From: Polyangiaceae bacterium
GTDB taxonomy: Bacteria; Myxococcota_A; Polyangia; Polyangiales; Polyangiaceae
Direction of reading: 5' to 3'
Assembly: GCA_050287085.1 (NCBI GenBank)
Contig: JBNKBE010000004.1
Span: 32,278 to 96,277, forward strand
DNA: 64,000 bases
Part shown: one piece after another, positions 9,550-18,921 of the stretch
Layout of the letters: every line of letters starts with the position of its first letter
Position numbering within the stretch: position 1 is the stretch's first letter
Program-made: the position numbers and the translations under genes
The notes under the pieces: model-generated
The model's database searches: none
Told to the model about the DNA's origin: nothing
The model's input: only the letters and a program-made list of their open reading frames with translations

Positions 9550-11787
9550 GTGATGTCGGCGCTGCTGGACGAACTGGATCGCATTGCCAATGACTTGCTG
9601 TGTCGTTTCGACGAGCAGAAGCCGGTGCTTTCGTTTGAGGAGTACCTACTGCGCGTGGAGCAGGAGCCAGCGCGGCACTGCCGGGACGCGGTCACCTACT
9701 TGCGCGACGCCTTTGACTACTTCGGGCGGCAGGAGCGGGGGGAGGGTGAGCCGAGTCGCTTTCGTCTCTTCGACTTGCCGTGGCTGGACGAGGAGGAAGC
9801 GCGCTCGCTGCGCCTGGTTGGCCAAGAGCAGGTGCAACACGAAATCTATCGCGCCCTGAACAACTTCGTTCGCGAAGGCCGAGCCAATCGCTTACCGCTT
9901 CTCCACGGCCCGAACGGCTCTGCGAAGAGCACGGTGGCTCGGGCGTTGATGCTGGCCCTCGAGCACTACAGCCAGACCGATGAAGGCGCGCTGTATCGCT
10001 TCCATTGGGTGTTCCCTACGCGGCAGAAAACGCGTGGCGGAATCGGGTTTGGCGACAAGCCTTCGGCCGTGGGCGCGGGCAGCTACGCACACCTCGCTGA
10101 AGAGGACATCGACGCTCGTCTGATGGACGAGACGCGAGATCACCCGCTATTGCTATTGCCGTCCGAGTACCGGCGCCGACTCTTGTCGAACCTACTGCCG
10201 GTGGAGGACCGCAGTCGGACGAGCCGCTGGCTGTGGGACGGAGAGCTTTCACACAAAAATCGGAAGGTCTTTGATGCGCTCTTCTCGAGCCAGGGCGGCG
10301 CGCTGGCAGAGGTCTTGCGCCACGTACGCGTCGAGCGGTACACCATTTCGCGGCGCTATCGCGTTGGGGCGGTGACGCTGGGCCCCGAGTTGAACGTTGA
10401 CGCTCGAGAGCGCCAGGTGACCGCCGATCGCTCGCTGTCGGCGCTTCCGACGAGCTTGCAGGCGGTCGCTTTATACGAAGCGAGCGGTGAGTTGATCGAT
10501 GCGGCAGGAGGGCTGCTGGAGTATTCCGACTTGCTCAAACGTCCCCTTGAGGCATTCAAGTATCTGCAGCTGACGGTCGAGACGGGGGAGGTTGCGCTCC
10601 CGAATCAGAACGTGAGTATCAACTGTTTCATGATCGGCAGTGCCAACGAGCAGGAGTTGTCGGCATTTCGGTCACATCCGGAATTCGAGAGTTTTCGCGG
10701 TCGCCTCGAGTTTATTCGTACGCCCTACCTATTGAATTGGAAGTCGGAACAGGAGATCTACGAGGCGCAGGTCGCGGCTCACCTGCAGGTCCATGTCGCG
10801 CCCCATGCCACGCGGGTGGCGGCCATGTTTGCGGTGCTCAGCCGTCTTCGTCAGCCGGAAGCTGACCGCTATGAACGCACCGTGCGCGAGCTGATTCGCG
10901 GCCTCACTGTTTTTGAGAAGATGGAGCTGTACACGGAAGGGCGACTGCCCGAGCGCCTGGCGGGGGAAAAGGCCAAGGAGCTTCGCTCCCTCATTCCTGC
11001 TCTAAAGGAGGAAGGGCAAGGCCACGACGCCTACGAAGGAGCCACGGGCGCTAGCCCCCGTGAGATGCGGACGGTACTTCTCGACGCAGCCCAGAGTGAG
11101 GCTTGGATTGGATTGTCTCCTTTTGCGGTCTTGGAGCAGTTGGACGAATTGTGTACGCGCGCGTCCGAGTTCGCGTGGCTTGGGCGGCAGAGCACGGAGG
11201 GGGGCTACGGAGATCATGAAGAGTTCCGGAGTTGGCTCTACCGCAGGTTGCTGGTGTTGATCGAAGACGACTTTCGACGGGCGAGCGGGCTCGTGGACGA
11301 GAGCCAATACGACGAATTGTTCTCTCGCTACGTGCAGCATTTGAGCGCGTGGGCCAAAGGAGAAAAGCTGCGCAACCCCCATACCGGGGTGTCGGAACCG
11401 CCCGACGAGCAGCTGATGCGTGAGGTCGAGACCCTGCTCAACGCAGCTGACGAAGCGGAAGTGGCTCGTCACGGGTTGATGCAGCGCTTCGCGGCCTGGG
11501 CCATCGAGTCGCCCGGAAAGCCGCTAGAGAGCTCACCGGTGTTCTCGGACATGGTGACGCGGCTTCGCGACGCGGCGTTTGCTACGCGCCGCCACGCGCT
11601 GGGAGGGCTCGTCAAGCGTGTTCTCGCGTGCCTCGAGCGAGGGCATGAAGCGCCTCCGAGCGACCCTCAGCAACGCGCCGAGGCCGAGCGCGTGATCGAG
11701 ACAATGATACGCACCCAGGGCTACGCCCGGAGCTCCGTGGCCGACGCGGCCGCGCAGCTGCTCTCTTCCGGTCTCGCGGACGCCTGA
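9550..11787 (+). CDS. prkA: PrkA-family AAA+ serine kinase / ATP-dependent protein
   Basis: LHGPNGSAKST Walker A, DHPLLL, GGLLEYSDLLKRP, VAPH, YEGATGASPRE. Confidence 0.8.
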   Translation: MMSALLDELDRIANDLLCRFDEQKPVLSFEEYLLRVEQEPARHCRDAVTYLRDAFDYFGRQERGEGEPSRFRLFDLPWLDEEEARSLRLVGQEQVQHEIYRALNNFVREGRANRLPLLHGPNGSAKSTVARALMLALEHYSQTDEGALYRFHWVFPTRQKTRGGIGFGDKPSAVGAGSYAHLAEEDIDARLMDETRDHPLLLLPSEYRRRLLSNLLPVEDRSRTSRWLWDGELSHKNRKVFDALFSSQGGALAEVLRHVRVERYTISRRYRVGAVTLGPELNVDARERQVTADRSLSALPTSLQAVALYEASGELIDAAGGLLEYSDLLKRPLEAFKYLQLTVETGEVALPNQNVSINCFMIGSANEQELSAFRSHPEFESFRGRLEFIRTPYLLNWKSEQEIYEAQVAAHLQVHVAPHATRVAAMFAVLSRLRQPEADRYERTVRELIRGLTVFEKMELYTEGRLPERLAGEKAKELRSLIPALKEEGQGHDAYEGATGASPREMRTVLLDAAQSEAWIGLSPFAVLEQLDELCTRASEFAWLGRQSTEGGYGDHEEFRSWLYRRLLVLIEDDFRRASGLVDESQYDELFSRYVQHLSAWAKGEKLRNPHTGVSEPPDEQLMREVETLLNAADEAEVARHGLMQRFAAWAIESPGKPLESSPVFSDMVTRLRDAAFATRRHALGGLVKRVLACLERGHEAPPSDPQQRAEAERVIETMIRTQGYARSSVADAAAQLLSSGLADA

Positions 11788-11865
11788 GGCCCCGGAGTGG
11801 TTCCGCCAGCTGCAGCCGGTGAGCCAAGGGATGTGGCCGACGGCACATGATTGGGCCGAGGGCTT

Positions 11866-11931
11866 CCCGCAGCACACCCGCAGCACACCCGCAGCACGCC
11901 CGCAGCACGCCCGCAGCACACCCGCAGCACA
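11866..11931. repeat. 11-bp tandem minisatellite, 6 copies (CCCGCAGCACR)
   Basis: Units end in A,A,G,G,A,A; intergenic between prkA and tRNA-Met. Confidence 0.95.
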
Positions 11932-12214
11932 CCCACCGCGCGGGCCCGCGAACGGCCCAAGTGCTCGCCCTCAACCCGAGGCTACGTGCGCGGGTAGGGG
12001 GGCCGCCTGAGCGGCTCCTTACGCTGGTGCGGCCCGTGTTGCAGCCGCCGGAGGGGGTCCAGCCCCAGGTGGCTGGACGGGGCAAGCCGAACTTGGAGTA
12101 CCCCCGGGGTGGGGCTGGCCCAGACCGTGCCCTGGCTCCCGAGTAGCCGCCACCCGGTGCCATTTTCACGTTCGGTGCCGGTGGTGAGAGTCGCCGCTCC
12201 GACGCCACAAACAG

Positions 12215-12245
12215 AAAAAACCCCGCACACTTACGTGAGCGGGGT
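12215..12245 (-). terminator. Intrinsic terminator of tRNA-Met
   Basis: Minus strand ACCCCGCTCAC-GTAAGT-GTGCGGGG followed by TTTTTT. Confidence 0.8.
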
Positions 12246-12249
12246 CCCG

Positions 12250-12326
12250 TGGTGCCGAAAGGCGGACTTGAACCGCCGACACAAGGCTTATGAAGCCTCT
12301 GCTCTAACCAACTGAGCTACTTCGGC
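12250..12326 (-). tRNA. tRNA-Met (CAT), elongator type
   Basis: GCCGAAGTAGCTCAGTTGGTTAGAGCAGAGGCTTCATAAGCCTTGTGTCGGCGGTTCAAGTCCGCCTTTCGGCACCA. Position 1:72 is paired, there is no GGG/CCC initiator stem, and CCA is encoded. Confidence 0.85.
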
Positions 12327-12329
12327 TGA

Positions 12330-12367
12330 GGGGCGCGGAATATTGCCGGGCTGCAGAGGGATGTCAA
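12330..12367 (-). promoter_or_regulatory. sigma70 promoter with GC-rich discriminator for tRNA-Met
   Basis: TTGACA, 17-bp spacer, AATATT, then CCGCGCCCC. Confidence 0.65.
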
Positions 12368-12412
12368 GCCTTCAGCGGAGCCACGGGGCGTCGTTCGAGG
12401 TCGTCCGTTCGC

Positions 12413-13021
12413 TCACTCGCGGCCGAACAGATCCTGAATGCGTGAGTCGAGCGCGACCGCGATCTTGTACAAGCTCGAGATCGACGGACTCGATTCGGCG
12501 CGTTCGATCTGGGACAACAAAGATATGGAAAGCCCCGTACGACGGCTCATTTGCTTGAGCGTGAGCTCCTTCTGCTTTCGAAGGGTTCGGATCGTATCGC
12601 CGATGATCTTATGCAGTTGTTCTTCGGGCGTGCGCGCCAAACCCTTCTTGCGCATGACGCGCGCCAGCACGTCGCGGAACTCATCCACGTTGAAGGGCTT
12701 CTTGAGGTAGTCGACCGCATCCAGTTTCATGGACGCGATGGCGGAATCCAGGTTGGGGTGCGCCGTGAAGATCACAACGGCGATGTCCTTGTCGATGTTT
12801 CGGATACGACGCAGGACCTCGATCCCATCCAACTTGGGCATCATCAGGTCGAGAATGATGACGTGGTAGTCACCCTGCCGCACTTCCTCTTCGGCGAGGG
12901 TCGGATCGGTGAGAGCGCGGACCGTGAACCCATCACGCTCCAGCAGTGTCTGCATGTACTCACAGATCTGGCGGTCGTCATCGACGATTAGAATTCGAAC
13001 AGAGGGCAATTCGATAGGCAC
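12413..13021 (-). CDS. Response regulator (receiver + XRE-family HTH)
   Basis: ILIVDDD, LDLMMPKLDG and YLKKPF receiver motifs; LTLKQMSRRTGLSISLLSQIER cro/XRE HTH. Confidence 0.9.
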   Translation of the reverse strand: MPIELPSVRILIVDDDRQICEYMQTLLERDGFTVRALTDPTLAEEEVRQGDYHVIILDLMMPKLDGIEVLRRIRNIDKDIAVVIFTAHPNLDSAIASMKLDAVDYLKKPFNVDEFRDVLARVMRKKGLARTPEEQLHKIIGDTIRTLRKQKELTLKQMSRRTGLSISLLSQIERAESSPSISSLYKIAVALDSRIQDLFGRE

Positions 13022-13102
13022 GAGTCGTTCTCCAAGATGCTAGGCCGCTTCAGGAAATTGCAACCACAGCATAAGCTGACCTGTGTTACAGTGCTACTTA
13101 AT

Positions 13103-13119
13103 TTGTGATAAATTCACAA
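13103..13119. promoter_or_regulatory. Palindromic operator-like site TTGTGA-TAAAT-TCACAA
   Basis: 6-bp inverted arms in an AT-rich patch about 80 bp upstream of the response regulator, overlapping the metF stop codon. Confidence 0.45.
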
Positions 13120-14052
13120 GTCGTGGTAATCATTGGGGAGTTTTACCAATTCGGGCCCCGCCAGCGCATCTGAGTCGCTGACTCCCAGGTGCTTGTAGAT
13201 CTCCAGAGTCGCACTCGAGCGGTTCAGTGTGTAGAAGTGCAAGCCGCGCACGTCGTGCTCCAGCAGCTCCAAGCACTGCTGAGTCGCCCAATGCACGCCG
13301 AGCTGTGAGACAGCCGCGTCGTCCTTGCAACGGCTGAGCGCCCGCTGCAGGGCTGCTGGTACGCGGGTTCCAAGAGCGAGCTGGCTCATCCGCTTCAGCC
13401 CGGCTGCGCTTGTTACTGGCATGATACCCGCGATGATGGGAACGTGAATGCCAGCGAGGATGCAGCGTTCGCGAAAGTCGTAGAAGTCGTGATTGTCGAA
13501 GAACAACTGCGTGATGACGACGTCCGCCCCTGCGTCGACTTTGGCTTTTAGATAGTCCATCTCCTGGAGGCGGTTGGGGGTACGAGGGTGGCCTTCAGGA
13601 TACCCGGCAACGGCAACGCCGCGGCGCCGCCGCGCCGATTCCTGATCGAGCTTTCGGGCAAAGGCGACCAGTTCGGACGCGAAATGAAAAGCGTCGTGCT
13701 CGCCAGTGCCGGCGCCCTGGGGGGGATCACCCGCCAGGGCGAGGACGTTGTCGACGCCGGCTTCGGCATAGGCGTCCAGGATCGACCGTAGTTCCGCGGT
13801 GGAATGCCCCACACAGGTGAGGTGAGGAATGGCTTCCAGCTTCGTTTCTCGTCGGATGCGAACGACGAGTTCGTGAGTCAGGTCGCGCGTTGAACCCCCA
13901 GCGCCGTACGTGACGGATACGAACGCCGGGCGTAGGGGCTCGAGCGCGGCGATGGTGCGAAATAGCGACTCCGCGCCCGCGGGCGTTTTCGGGGGAAAGA
14001 ACTCGAAGGAACAAGAGACGGGATGCGACTCGAGAATGTTTGCGATATGCAT
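13114..14052 (-). CDS. metF: Methylenetetrahydrofolate reductase
   Basis: SFEFFPPK, FVSVTYGAGG, PHLTC, GYPEGHP, ITQLFFD, LHFYTLN. Confidence 0.95.
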   Translation of the reverse strand: MHIANILESHPVSCSFEFFPPKTPAGAESLFRTIAALEPLRPAFVSVTYGAGGSTRDLTHELVVRIRRETKLEAIPHLTCVGHSTAELRSILDAYAEAGVDNVLALAGDPPQGAGTGEHDAFHFASELVAFARKLDQESARRRRGVAVAGYPEGHPRTPNRLQEMDYLKAKVDAGADVVITQLFFDNHDFYDFRERCILAGIHVPIIAGIMPVTSAAGLKRMSQLALGTRVPAALQRALSRCKDDAAVSQLGVHWATQQCLELLEHDVRGLHFYTLNRSSATLEIYKHLGVSDSDALAGPELVKLPNDYHDL

Positions 14053-14220
14053 AATAGACGATGGCGCGGCACCCTCCCTCGGGCGCCTGCGCGCTTTTTT
14101 TGCACAAATCAGCCCTGCGCGCAGCTGCGATTCGGCTCGAGCTCAAAGCGCCCGGGCCGGAGCCACGCGCGGCAGAGCCCCTCTTGGGCCGAGAAGAGCT
14201 TGGACCGAGTTTGGCTGCGA

Positions 14221-14259
14221 AAAGTAGAAAGGCACCCAACCCCTTGGGGTGGATGCCTT
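14221..14259 (-). terminator. Intrinsic terminator of tRNA-Pro
   Basis: Minus strand AAGGCATCCACCCC-AA-GGGGTTGGGTGCCTT followed by TCTACTTT. Confidence 0.7.
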
Positions 14260-14274
14260 GCTGCGGGTGATTTG

Positions 14275-14348
14275 TCGGGGCGGGCAGATTTGAACTGCCG
14301 ACCTCACGGACCCGAACCGTGCGCGCTACCAAACTGCGCTACGCCCCG
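14275..14348 (-). tRNA. tRNA-Pro (CGG)
   Basis: CGGGGCGTAGCGCAGTTTGGTAGCGCGCACGGTTCGGGTCCGTGAGGTCGGCAGTTCAAATCTGCCCGCCCCGA; anticodon arm CACGG-TTCGGGT-CCGTG. Confidence 0.95.
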
Positions 14349-14372
14349 AAACGACAAGCTGGGCTAGCCGTT

Positions 14373-14410
14373 GGGGCGCGGAGAATGTGCTTCCATGAGC
14401 CGACTGTCAA
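14373..14410 (-). promoter_or_regulatory. sigma70 promoter with GC-rich discriminator for tRNA-Pro
   Basis: TTGACA, 17-bp spacer, CATTCT, then CCGCGCCCC. Confidence 0.65.
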
Positions 14411-14486
14411 GGTGAAGGCGTCGGGGTACCCCGTTTCCCGAAGATGGCTGGCCGACTGCACGCGGGGCGTTCGGCCTCGCGCCAAC

Positions 14487-15443
14487 CTAGCTGCGGGCTT
14501 CCAAGGCTTTGACCAACTCGGGAACCGCATCGAACAAATCGGCGACCAGTCCGTAGTCGGCGATCTGAAAGATGGGCGCTTCTGGGTCCTTGTTGATCGC
14601 GACGATCGTTTTGGACCCCTTCATGCCGGCAATGTGCTGAATCGCACCGGAGATACCGATGGCGATATACAGGTTGGGCGCTACGATCTTGCCGGTCTGG
14701 CCCACTTGGAAATCCCCGGGGGCGTAGCCCGCGTCGCAGGCGGCTCGGCTCGCGCCGATCCCCGCGTTCAGCGCCTTTGCCAAGGGTTCCAAGACTTCGA
14801 AGAAACGCTCCTTCAGGGCTCGGCCGCCGCTGACAATGCGCTCGGCCTCGGACAGCTCCGGGCGTTCGCTTTGCACCTGGTCGAGGCTGATAAATCGGAC
14901 GCGGCTTGCCGCCGCGCTGGGGGCCGACACCGTGAGAGCCTGCACGGGGCTCGAGCCACCACTTGCCTCGGCAGCCGTCCACTCGCTCTGGCGCACGGTT
15001 ACGACCTTCTGCGGGGTAGACAATACGACGTGGCCGTACGCGTTGCCGGCAAACATGGGACGCTTGAAGACCCATTGGTCACCCTCGGATTCGACCCCAG
15101 CGCAGTCTCCCGCAAAGCCTGCGTCGAGGGCCGCAGCAACGCGAGGGAGCAAATCTTTGCCGAAGCTGGTGGCGGTCGCGACCATGATGTCGAAATCCGC
15201 GGCGGCTTGTACCACCGTCGGCGTATAGGTTTCGGCCAAGTAGTGGGTGAGCACCGGGTCGCTCGCTAGGAGCACGGCTTCGGCGCCGTAGGCCCGCGCT
15301 TGCTCGGCGGCCGCAGGTGCTTCGGGGCCGCCCATGACCAGAATGGAAAACGGGCCTCCCACGCGCCGAGCGAAAGCGACTGCCGCGAGCGTGGCCGCCT
15401 TGAGGTTACCGTCTTGCTGTTCAGCGATAATCAGTGTCTTCAT
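14487..15443 (-). CDS. etfA: Electron transfer flavoprotein alpha subunit
   Basis: IGASRAACDAG, QVGQTGKIVAP, GISGAIQHIAGM, AINKDPEAPIF. Confidence 0.95.
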   Translation of the reverse strand: MKTLIIAEQQDGNLKAATLAAVAFARRVGGPFSILVMGGPEAPAAAEQARAYGAEAVLLASDPVLTHYLAETYTPTVVQAAADFDIMVATATSFGKDLLPRVAAALDAGFAGDCAGVESEGDQWVFKRPMFAGNAYGHVVLSTPQKVVTVRQSEWTAAEASGGSSPVQALTVSAPSAAASRVRFISLDQVQSERPELSEAERIVSGGRALKERFFEVLEPLAKALNAGIGASRAACDAGYAPGDFQVGQTGKIVAPNLYIAIGISGAIQHIAGMKGSKTIVAINKDPEAPIFQIADYGLVADLFDAVPELVKALEARS

Positions 15444-15454
15444 AGCAGGACCTC

Positions 15455-16282
15455 TCAGATGACGTGGGCTTCGCCGGCTAGCTTGTCTACGAGCTCTTGT
15501 GCGGAGCCCACTTTGATGCCCGCCTTGCGTGCCGCGGGTAGCTCGAAACGGACGTACTGGGAGCTCGCCTTGGCGCCTGCAACCAGGTCATCGAGCGCCA
15601 CGACGTCGAGGGGTTTCTTCTTGGCCTTCATGATGGCGGGAAGGGGCGCGAAACGGACGCCGTCGTTGTACTTGTGGTCATTCGGCGTGCTCGCTGAGTA
15701 GACCGACTGCGGCGCCACGATGCGCAGGTCGACCGTCACCAGCGCGGGCAATGTGAGCTCTACGGTGGCGGTGCCTCCGTCCACTTCGCGGGACACCCGC
15801 AGACCGTTCGGGAGCTCTTGAATCGTTGCGGCGAAGGTCGCCATCGGAAAGTCGAGAAGTTGGGCCAGCGCCTGACCGGCGAAGTTGCTATCTCCGTCAA
15901 CGGCTTGTTTGCCCATCAGTACCAGATCGGGTTGTTCACGCTCGACGATGGCTTTGAGAGCTTTGGCGACCAACAAGCCGTCCAGCGCAGTATCGTCAGC
16001 GTCCACGCGAATTGCGCGGTCTGCCCCTGTGGCCAGGGCCGCACGCAGGGTCGCTTCGGACTCCTTGGGGCCGAGCGTGACCACAATGACCTCGCCCAGC
16101 CTCACCTTGTTTTCCTTGCCGTTTTCCGTTAGCCGCAGGGCGGCTTCCAGCGCGTATTCGTCAAAGGGGTTTGGCTTCGATTCCAAACCGCTTGCGTCGA
16201 TGCTCTTGCCATCGGCGGCAATCTTGATTCGGTTGGCGTTGTCAGGATCGGCAACTCGCTTGATGGCTACCAGAATTTTCAC
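15455..16282 (-). CDS. etfB: Electron transfer flavoprotein beta subunit
   Basis: KILVAIKRV, NPFDEYALEAAL, GADRAIRV, GKQAVDGD, IMKAKKKP; GTG start preceded by AGAGGG. Confidence 0.95.
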   Translation of the reverse strand: MKILVAIKRVADPDNANRIKIAADGKSIDASGLESKPNPFDEYALEAALRLTENGKENKVRLGEVIVVTLGPKESEATLRAALATGADRAIRVDADDTALDGLLVAKALKAIVEREQPDLVLMGKQAVDGDSNFAGQALAQLLDFPMATFAATIQELPNGLRVSREVDGGTATVELTLPALVTVDLRIVAPQSVYSASTPNDHKYNDGVRFAPLPAIMKAKKKPLDVVALDDLVAGAKASSQYVRFELPAARKAGIKVGSAQELVDKLAGEAHVI

Positions 16283-16532
16283 GCAGGTCCCTCTCTTGGT
16301 TCCGTCTTTGGGTGGAAGGCGCATCGCTTGGCTTTTTGGGCGCTCGCGCTGGTGAACTCCGCGGGAAACGGAGCCGCTTCCTCTTGGTTACCACGTCTGC
16401 GCAGCCCCGCCACCGCGCCCTGCGGCGCCCCCACTAGCCGGCCTGTTGTGGTCCCCCCACGCCTACCGGGCGGTGAGCCGCCCATGTGCGTAGGCGCTTG
16501 GTTTGCCGCTTGCGAGTGGGCATTATCTCCGT

Positions 16533-18149
16533 GTGACGGTCGAGCACGTAGATTTCTTGGTGTTGGGCAGCGGCGTAGCCGGGTTGACCTTTGCGTTGCG
16601 AATGGCACGCCACGGCCGTGTTGCCGTCGCGACGAAGCGAAGCGGTAACGATTCGGCGACGCGCTGGGCTCAAGGGGGGGTGGCCGCAGTGTTGTCCGGC
16701 GAAGACAGCTTTGCACAACACGTGGAGGACACCAAGCTGGTCGGCTGTGGTATCTGCCACGACGACGCTGTTAGGGCGTGTGTGGAAGGTGCGCCGGATG
16801 AGATTCGCTGGCTGGTCGAGCTGGGCGCTCGTTTCGACTCCGATCCTGACGGGGAGCTCAACCTTGGACGCGAAGGAGGCCACCAGGCGCGGCGTATCGT
16901 GCATTCCTTGGACGCGACCGGTCAGGAAATCCAGCGGACCCTGCTCGAGGCCGTTGCTCGCGAGCCGAACATCGAGTTGCTCGAGTGGCATATGGGGGTC
17001 GAGCTCATCATGCAGAGCCGGCTGGGAGGCCCTGAGCGCTGCATCGGGGCTTATGTCTTGGACGAGCGGCGGGGCGTTGTGGAAACACGGCTGGCCCGGG
17101 CAACAGTGCTGGCAACCGGCGGCGCCGGGAAGGTGTATCTATATACGACCAATCCCGACGTGGCGACCGGCGATGGGCTGGCTATGGCTTATCGAGCGGG
17201 CGCGGAAGTGGCGAATCTCGAGTTCTACCAGTTTCACCCAACGTGCCTATTCCATCCGGCAGCGAAGAGTTTTTTGATTTCGGAAGCGCTGCGCGGTGAG
17301 GGAGCGGTGTTGCGCTTGCCAGACGGGGATGCGTTCATGCCGCGGCACCACGCGATGGCGGACCTCGCTCCGCGCGATGTGGTCGCTCGGGCTATCGACT
17401 TCGAGATGAAGCGGACGGGGTCGGAACACGTCTTTCTCGACATCCGCCACAAGAGTGCCGACTATCTCGAGCAGCGTTTTCCGGTGATCTCCGAGCGGTG
17501 CGCGGAACTCGGAATAGACATTGCGCGGGAGCCGATCCCGGTCGTTCCGGCGGCGCACTACATGTGTGGCGGTGTGAGCTGTGACCTCTACGGGCGCAGT
17601 ACGTTGCCGGGCCTCTTCGTTCTCGGAGAAACGGCTTGTACGGGGCTGCATGGTGCCAATCGTCTCGCCTCGAACTCCCTGCTTGAGGGCTTGGTGTTCG
17701 CGCATCGCGCGGCTCGTTTGCTCGAGGCAGAGCTCCCTCAGCTTCGGTCTTCGCCTTGGCCCCAGGCGCCGGAGTGGCAGACGGGGGGAGCGGTTGCGAG
17801 CGACGAGGCAGTGGTCGTGTCCCACAGCTGGGATGAGTTGAGGAGAACGATGTGGAACTACGTCGGAATCGTGCGGAGTAATACGCGCTTGCGCCGGGCG
17901 TCGCGGCGTCTAGCCGTGCTGGAGGAGGAAATTCGCGAGTACTATTGGAAGAGCCTGGTCAATCGCGACTTGTTGGAACTGCGCAATATCGCGGCTGTTG
18001 CGCAGCTGATCGTCGAGTTTGCGATGGCCCGTCGCGAGAGCCGTGGCCTGCACTACACAACTGACTATTCGGCGACGGAAGAGGCTTTTGCCGCCGACAT
18101 GGTGGCCAAGCGCGGAGTGCCGGCCCACCTCACATCCCGCGTATTGTAG
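16533..18149 (+). CDS. nadB: L-aspartate oxidase
   Basis: GSGVAG, AQGGVA, REGGH, QFHPT, LISEALRGEG, LAPRDVVAR, AAHYMCGG, TGLHGANRLASNSLLE, ESRGLHY. Confidence 0.93.
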   Translation: MTVEHVDFLVLGSGVAGLTFALRMARHGRVAVATKRSGNDSATRWAQGGVAAVLSGEDSFAQHVEDTKLVGCGICHDDAVRACVEGAPDEIRWLVELGARFDSDPDGELNLGREGGHQARRIVHSLDATGQEIQRTLLEAVAREPNIELLEWHMGVELIMQSRLGGPERCIGAYVLDERRGVVETRLARATVLATGGAGKVYLYTTNPDVATGDGLAMAYRAGAEVANLEFYQFHPTCLFHPAAKSFLISEALRGEGAVLRLPDGDAFMPRHHAMADLAPRDVVARAIDFEMKRTGSEHVFLDIRHKSADYLEQRFPVISERCAELGIDIAREPIPVVPAAHYMCGGVSCDLYGRSTLPGLFVLGETACTGLHGANRLASNSLLEGLVFAHRAARLLEAELPQLRSSPWPQAPEWQTGGAVASDEAVVVSHSWDELRRTMWNYVGIVRSNTRLRRASRRLAVLEEEIREYYWKSLVNRDLLELRNIAAVAQLIVEFAMARRESRGLHYTTDYSATEEAFAADMVAKRGVPAHLTSRVL

Positions 18150-18168
18150 GGCGAAAGCACAAGCTCTG

Positions 18169-18921
18169 ATGTCCCCGGTCGCGGCCCTTATTTGGTGTAT
18201 TGCGGCCTGGCTTGGGCTCCGCGCGGCTGTTTCTTTGGTCTTGCTCGCGCCGGTAGAGCCTCCCTTTCTTGCCCCAGCCCTGACGTCTGTGTCGGTGGTG
18301 GTCTTGGGGGGAGGGGCCCTGGTTCAGCAACGCCTGCGGGGGCCGAGTCGGGCGCTCGAATCCAAGGTGCCACTTCGTGGGCGGTGGATCATCGCGGCGG
18401 CCGCGGTCGGGGCTGGCCTTCAGCCGGGAGCGGAGCTTGCGAGTCGCGCCGTGGAGCGGGCATTTCCCTTGGCCCCGGAGGTACTCGCCGCGCGCTCCGA
18501 GCTCTTTGTCGCCGAAGACCTGCTGTCGTGGGTGATGCTTGGGGTGGCGGTGGGCGTCGTCGGACCGATTGCGGAGGAGTTGTTCTACCGCGGCCCGCTT
18601 TTTACGCGTCTTGAGCAGGGCTCCGGTGCTCTGGTGGCAGGAGGAGTAACGGCTTCGGCTTTCGTTCTGGGCCATCCGGAGCCGCGGCAGTGGGCCGCCC
18701 TGACGATGGTCACGGTAGTTCTCACTTGGCTGCGCATTCGAGGGCGATCGCTGGCGGGACCCGTGGCGATGCACGTGGCCTTCAACACGACGGCGCTTGC
18801 GCTGGGGGGGCTGGACCTCGACTTTGGGGCGCCCAGCGTGGCGGCGCTAGGCCTTGGCTTCGGGGGTACGGGCTTGGCTCTGGCCTTGCTCTCGTGGATG
18901 CGGCGTACTAGCAGTGCGTGA
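18169..18921 (+). CDS. CPBP (CAAX protease-like) intramembrane metalloprotease
   Basis: PIAEELFYRG, FVLGH, HVAFN; multiple TM segments. Confidence 0.85.
   Translation: MSPVAALIWCIAAWLGLRAAVSLVLLAPVEPPFLAPALTSVSVVVLGGGALVQQRLRGPSRALESKVPLRGRWIIAAAAVGAGLQPGAELASRAVERAFPLAPEVLAARSELFVAEDLLSWVMLGVAVGVVGPIAEELFYRGPLFTRLEQGSGALVAGGVTASAFVLGHPEPRQWAALTMVTVVLTWLRIRGRSLAGPVAMHVAFNTTALALGGLDLDFGAPSVAALGLGFGGTGLALALLSWMRRTSSA

Noticed and set aside
11866..11931. Possible CRISPR array (also considered 28411-28522 and 45065-45136)
   Set aside because: Units are 11-18 bp, directly adjacent with no unique spacers, and no cas genes are in the window.
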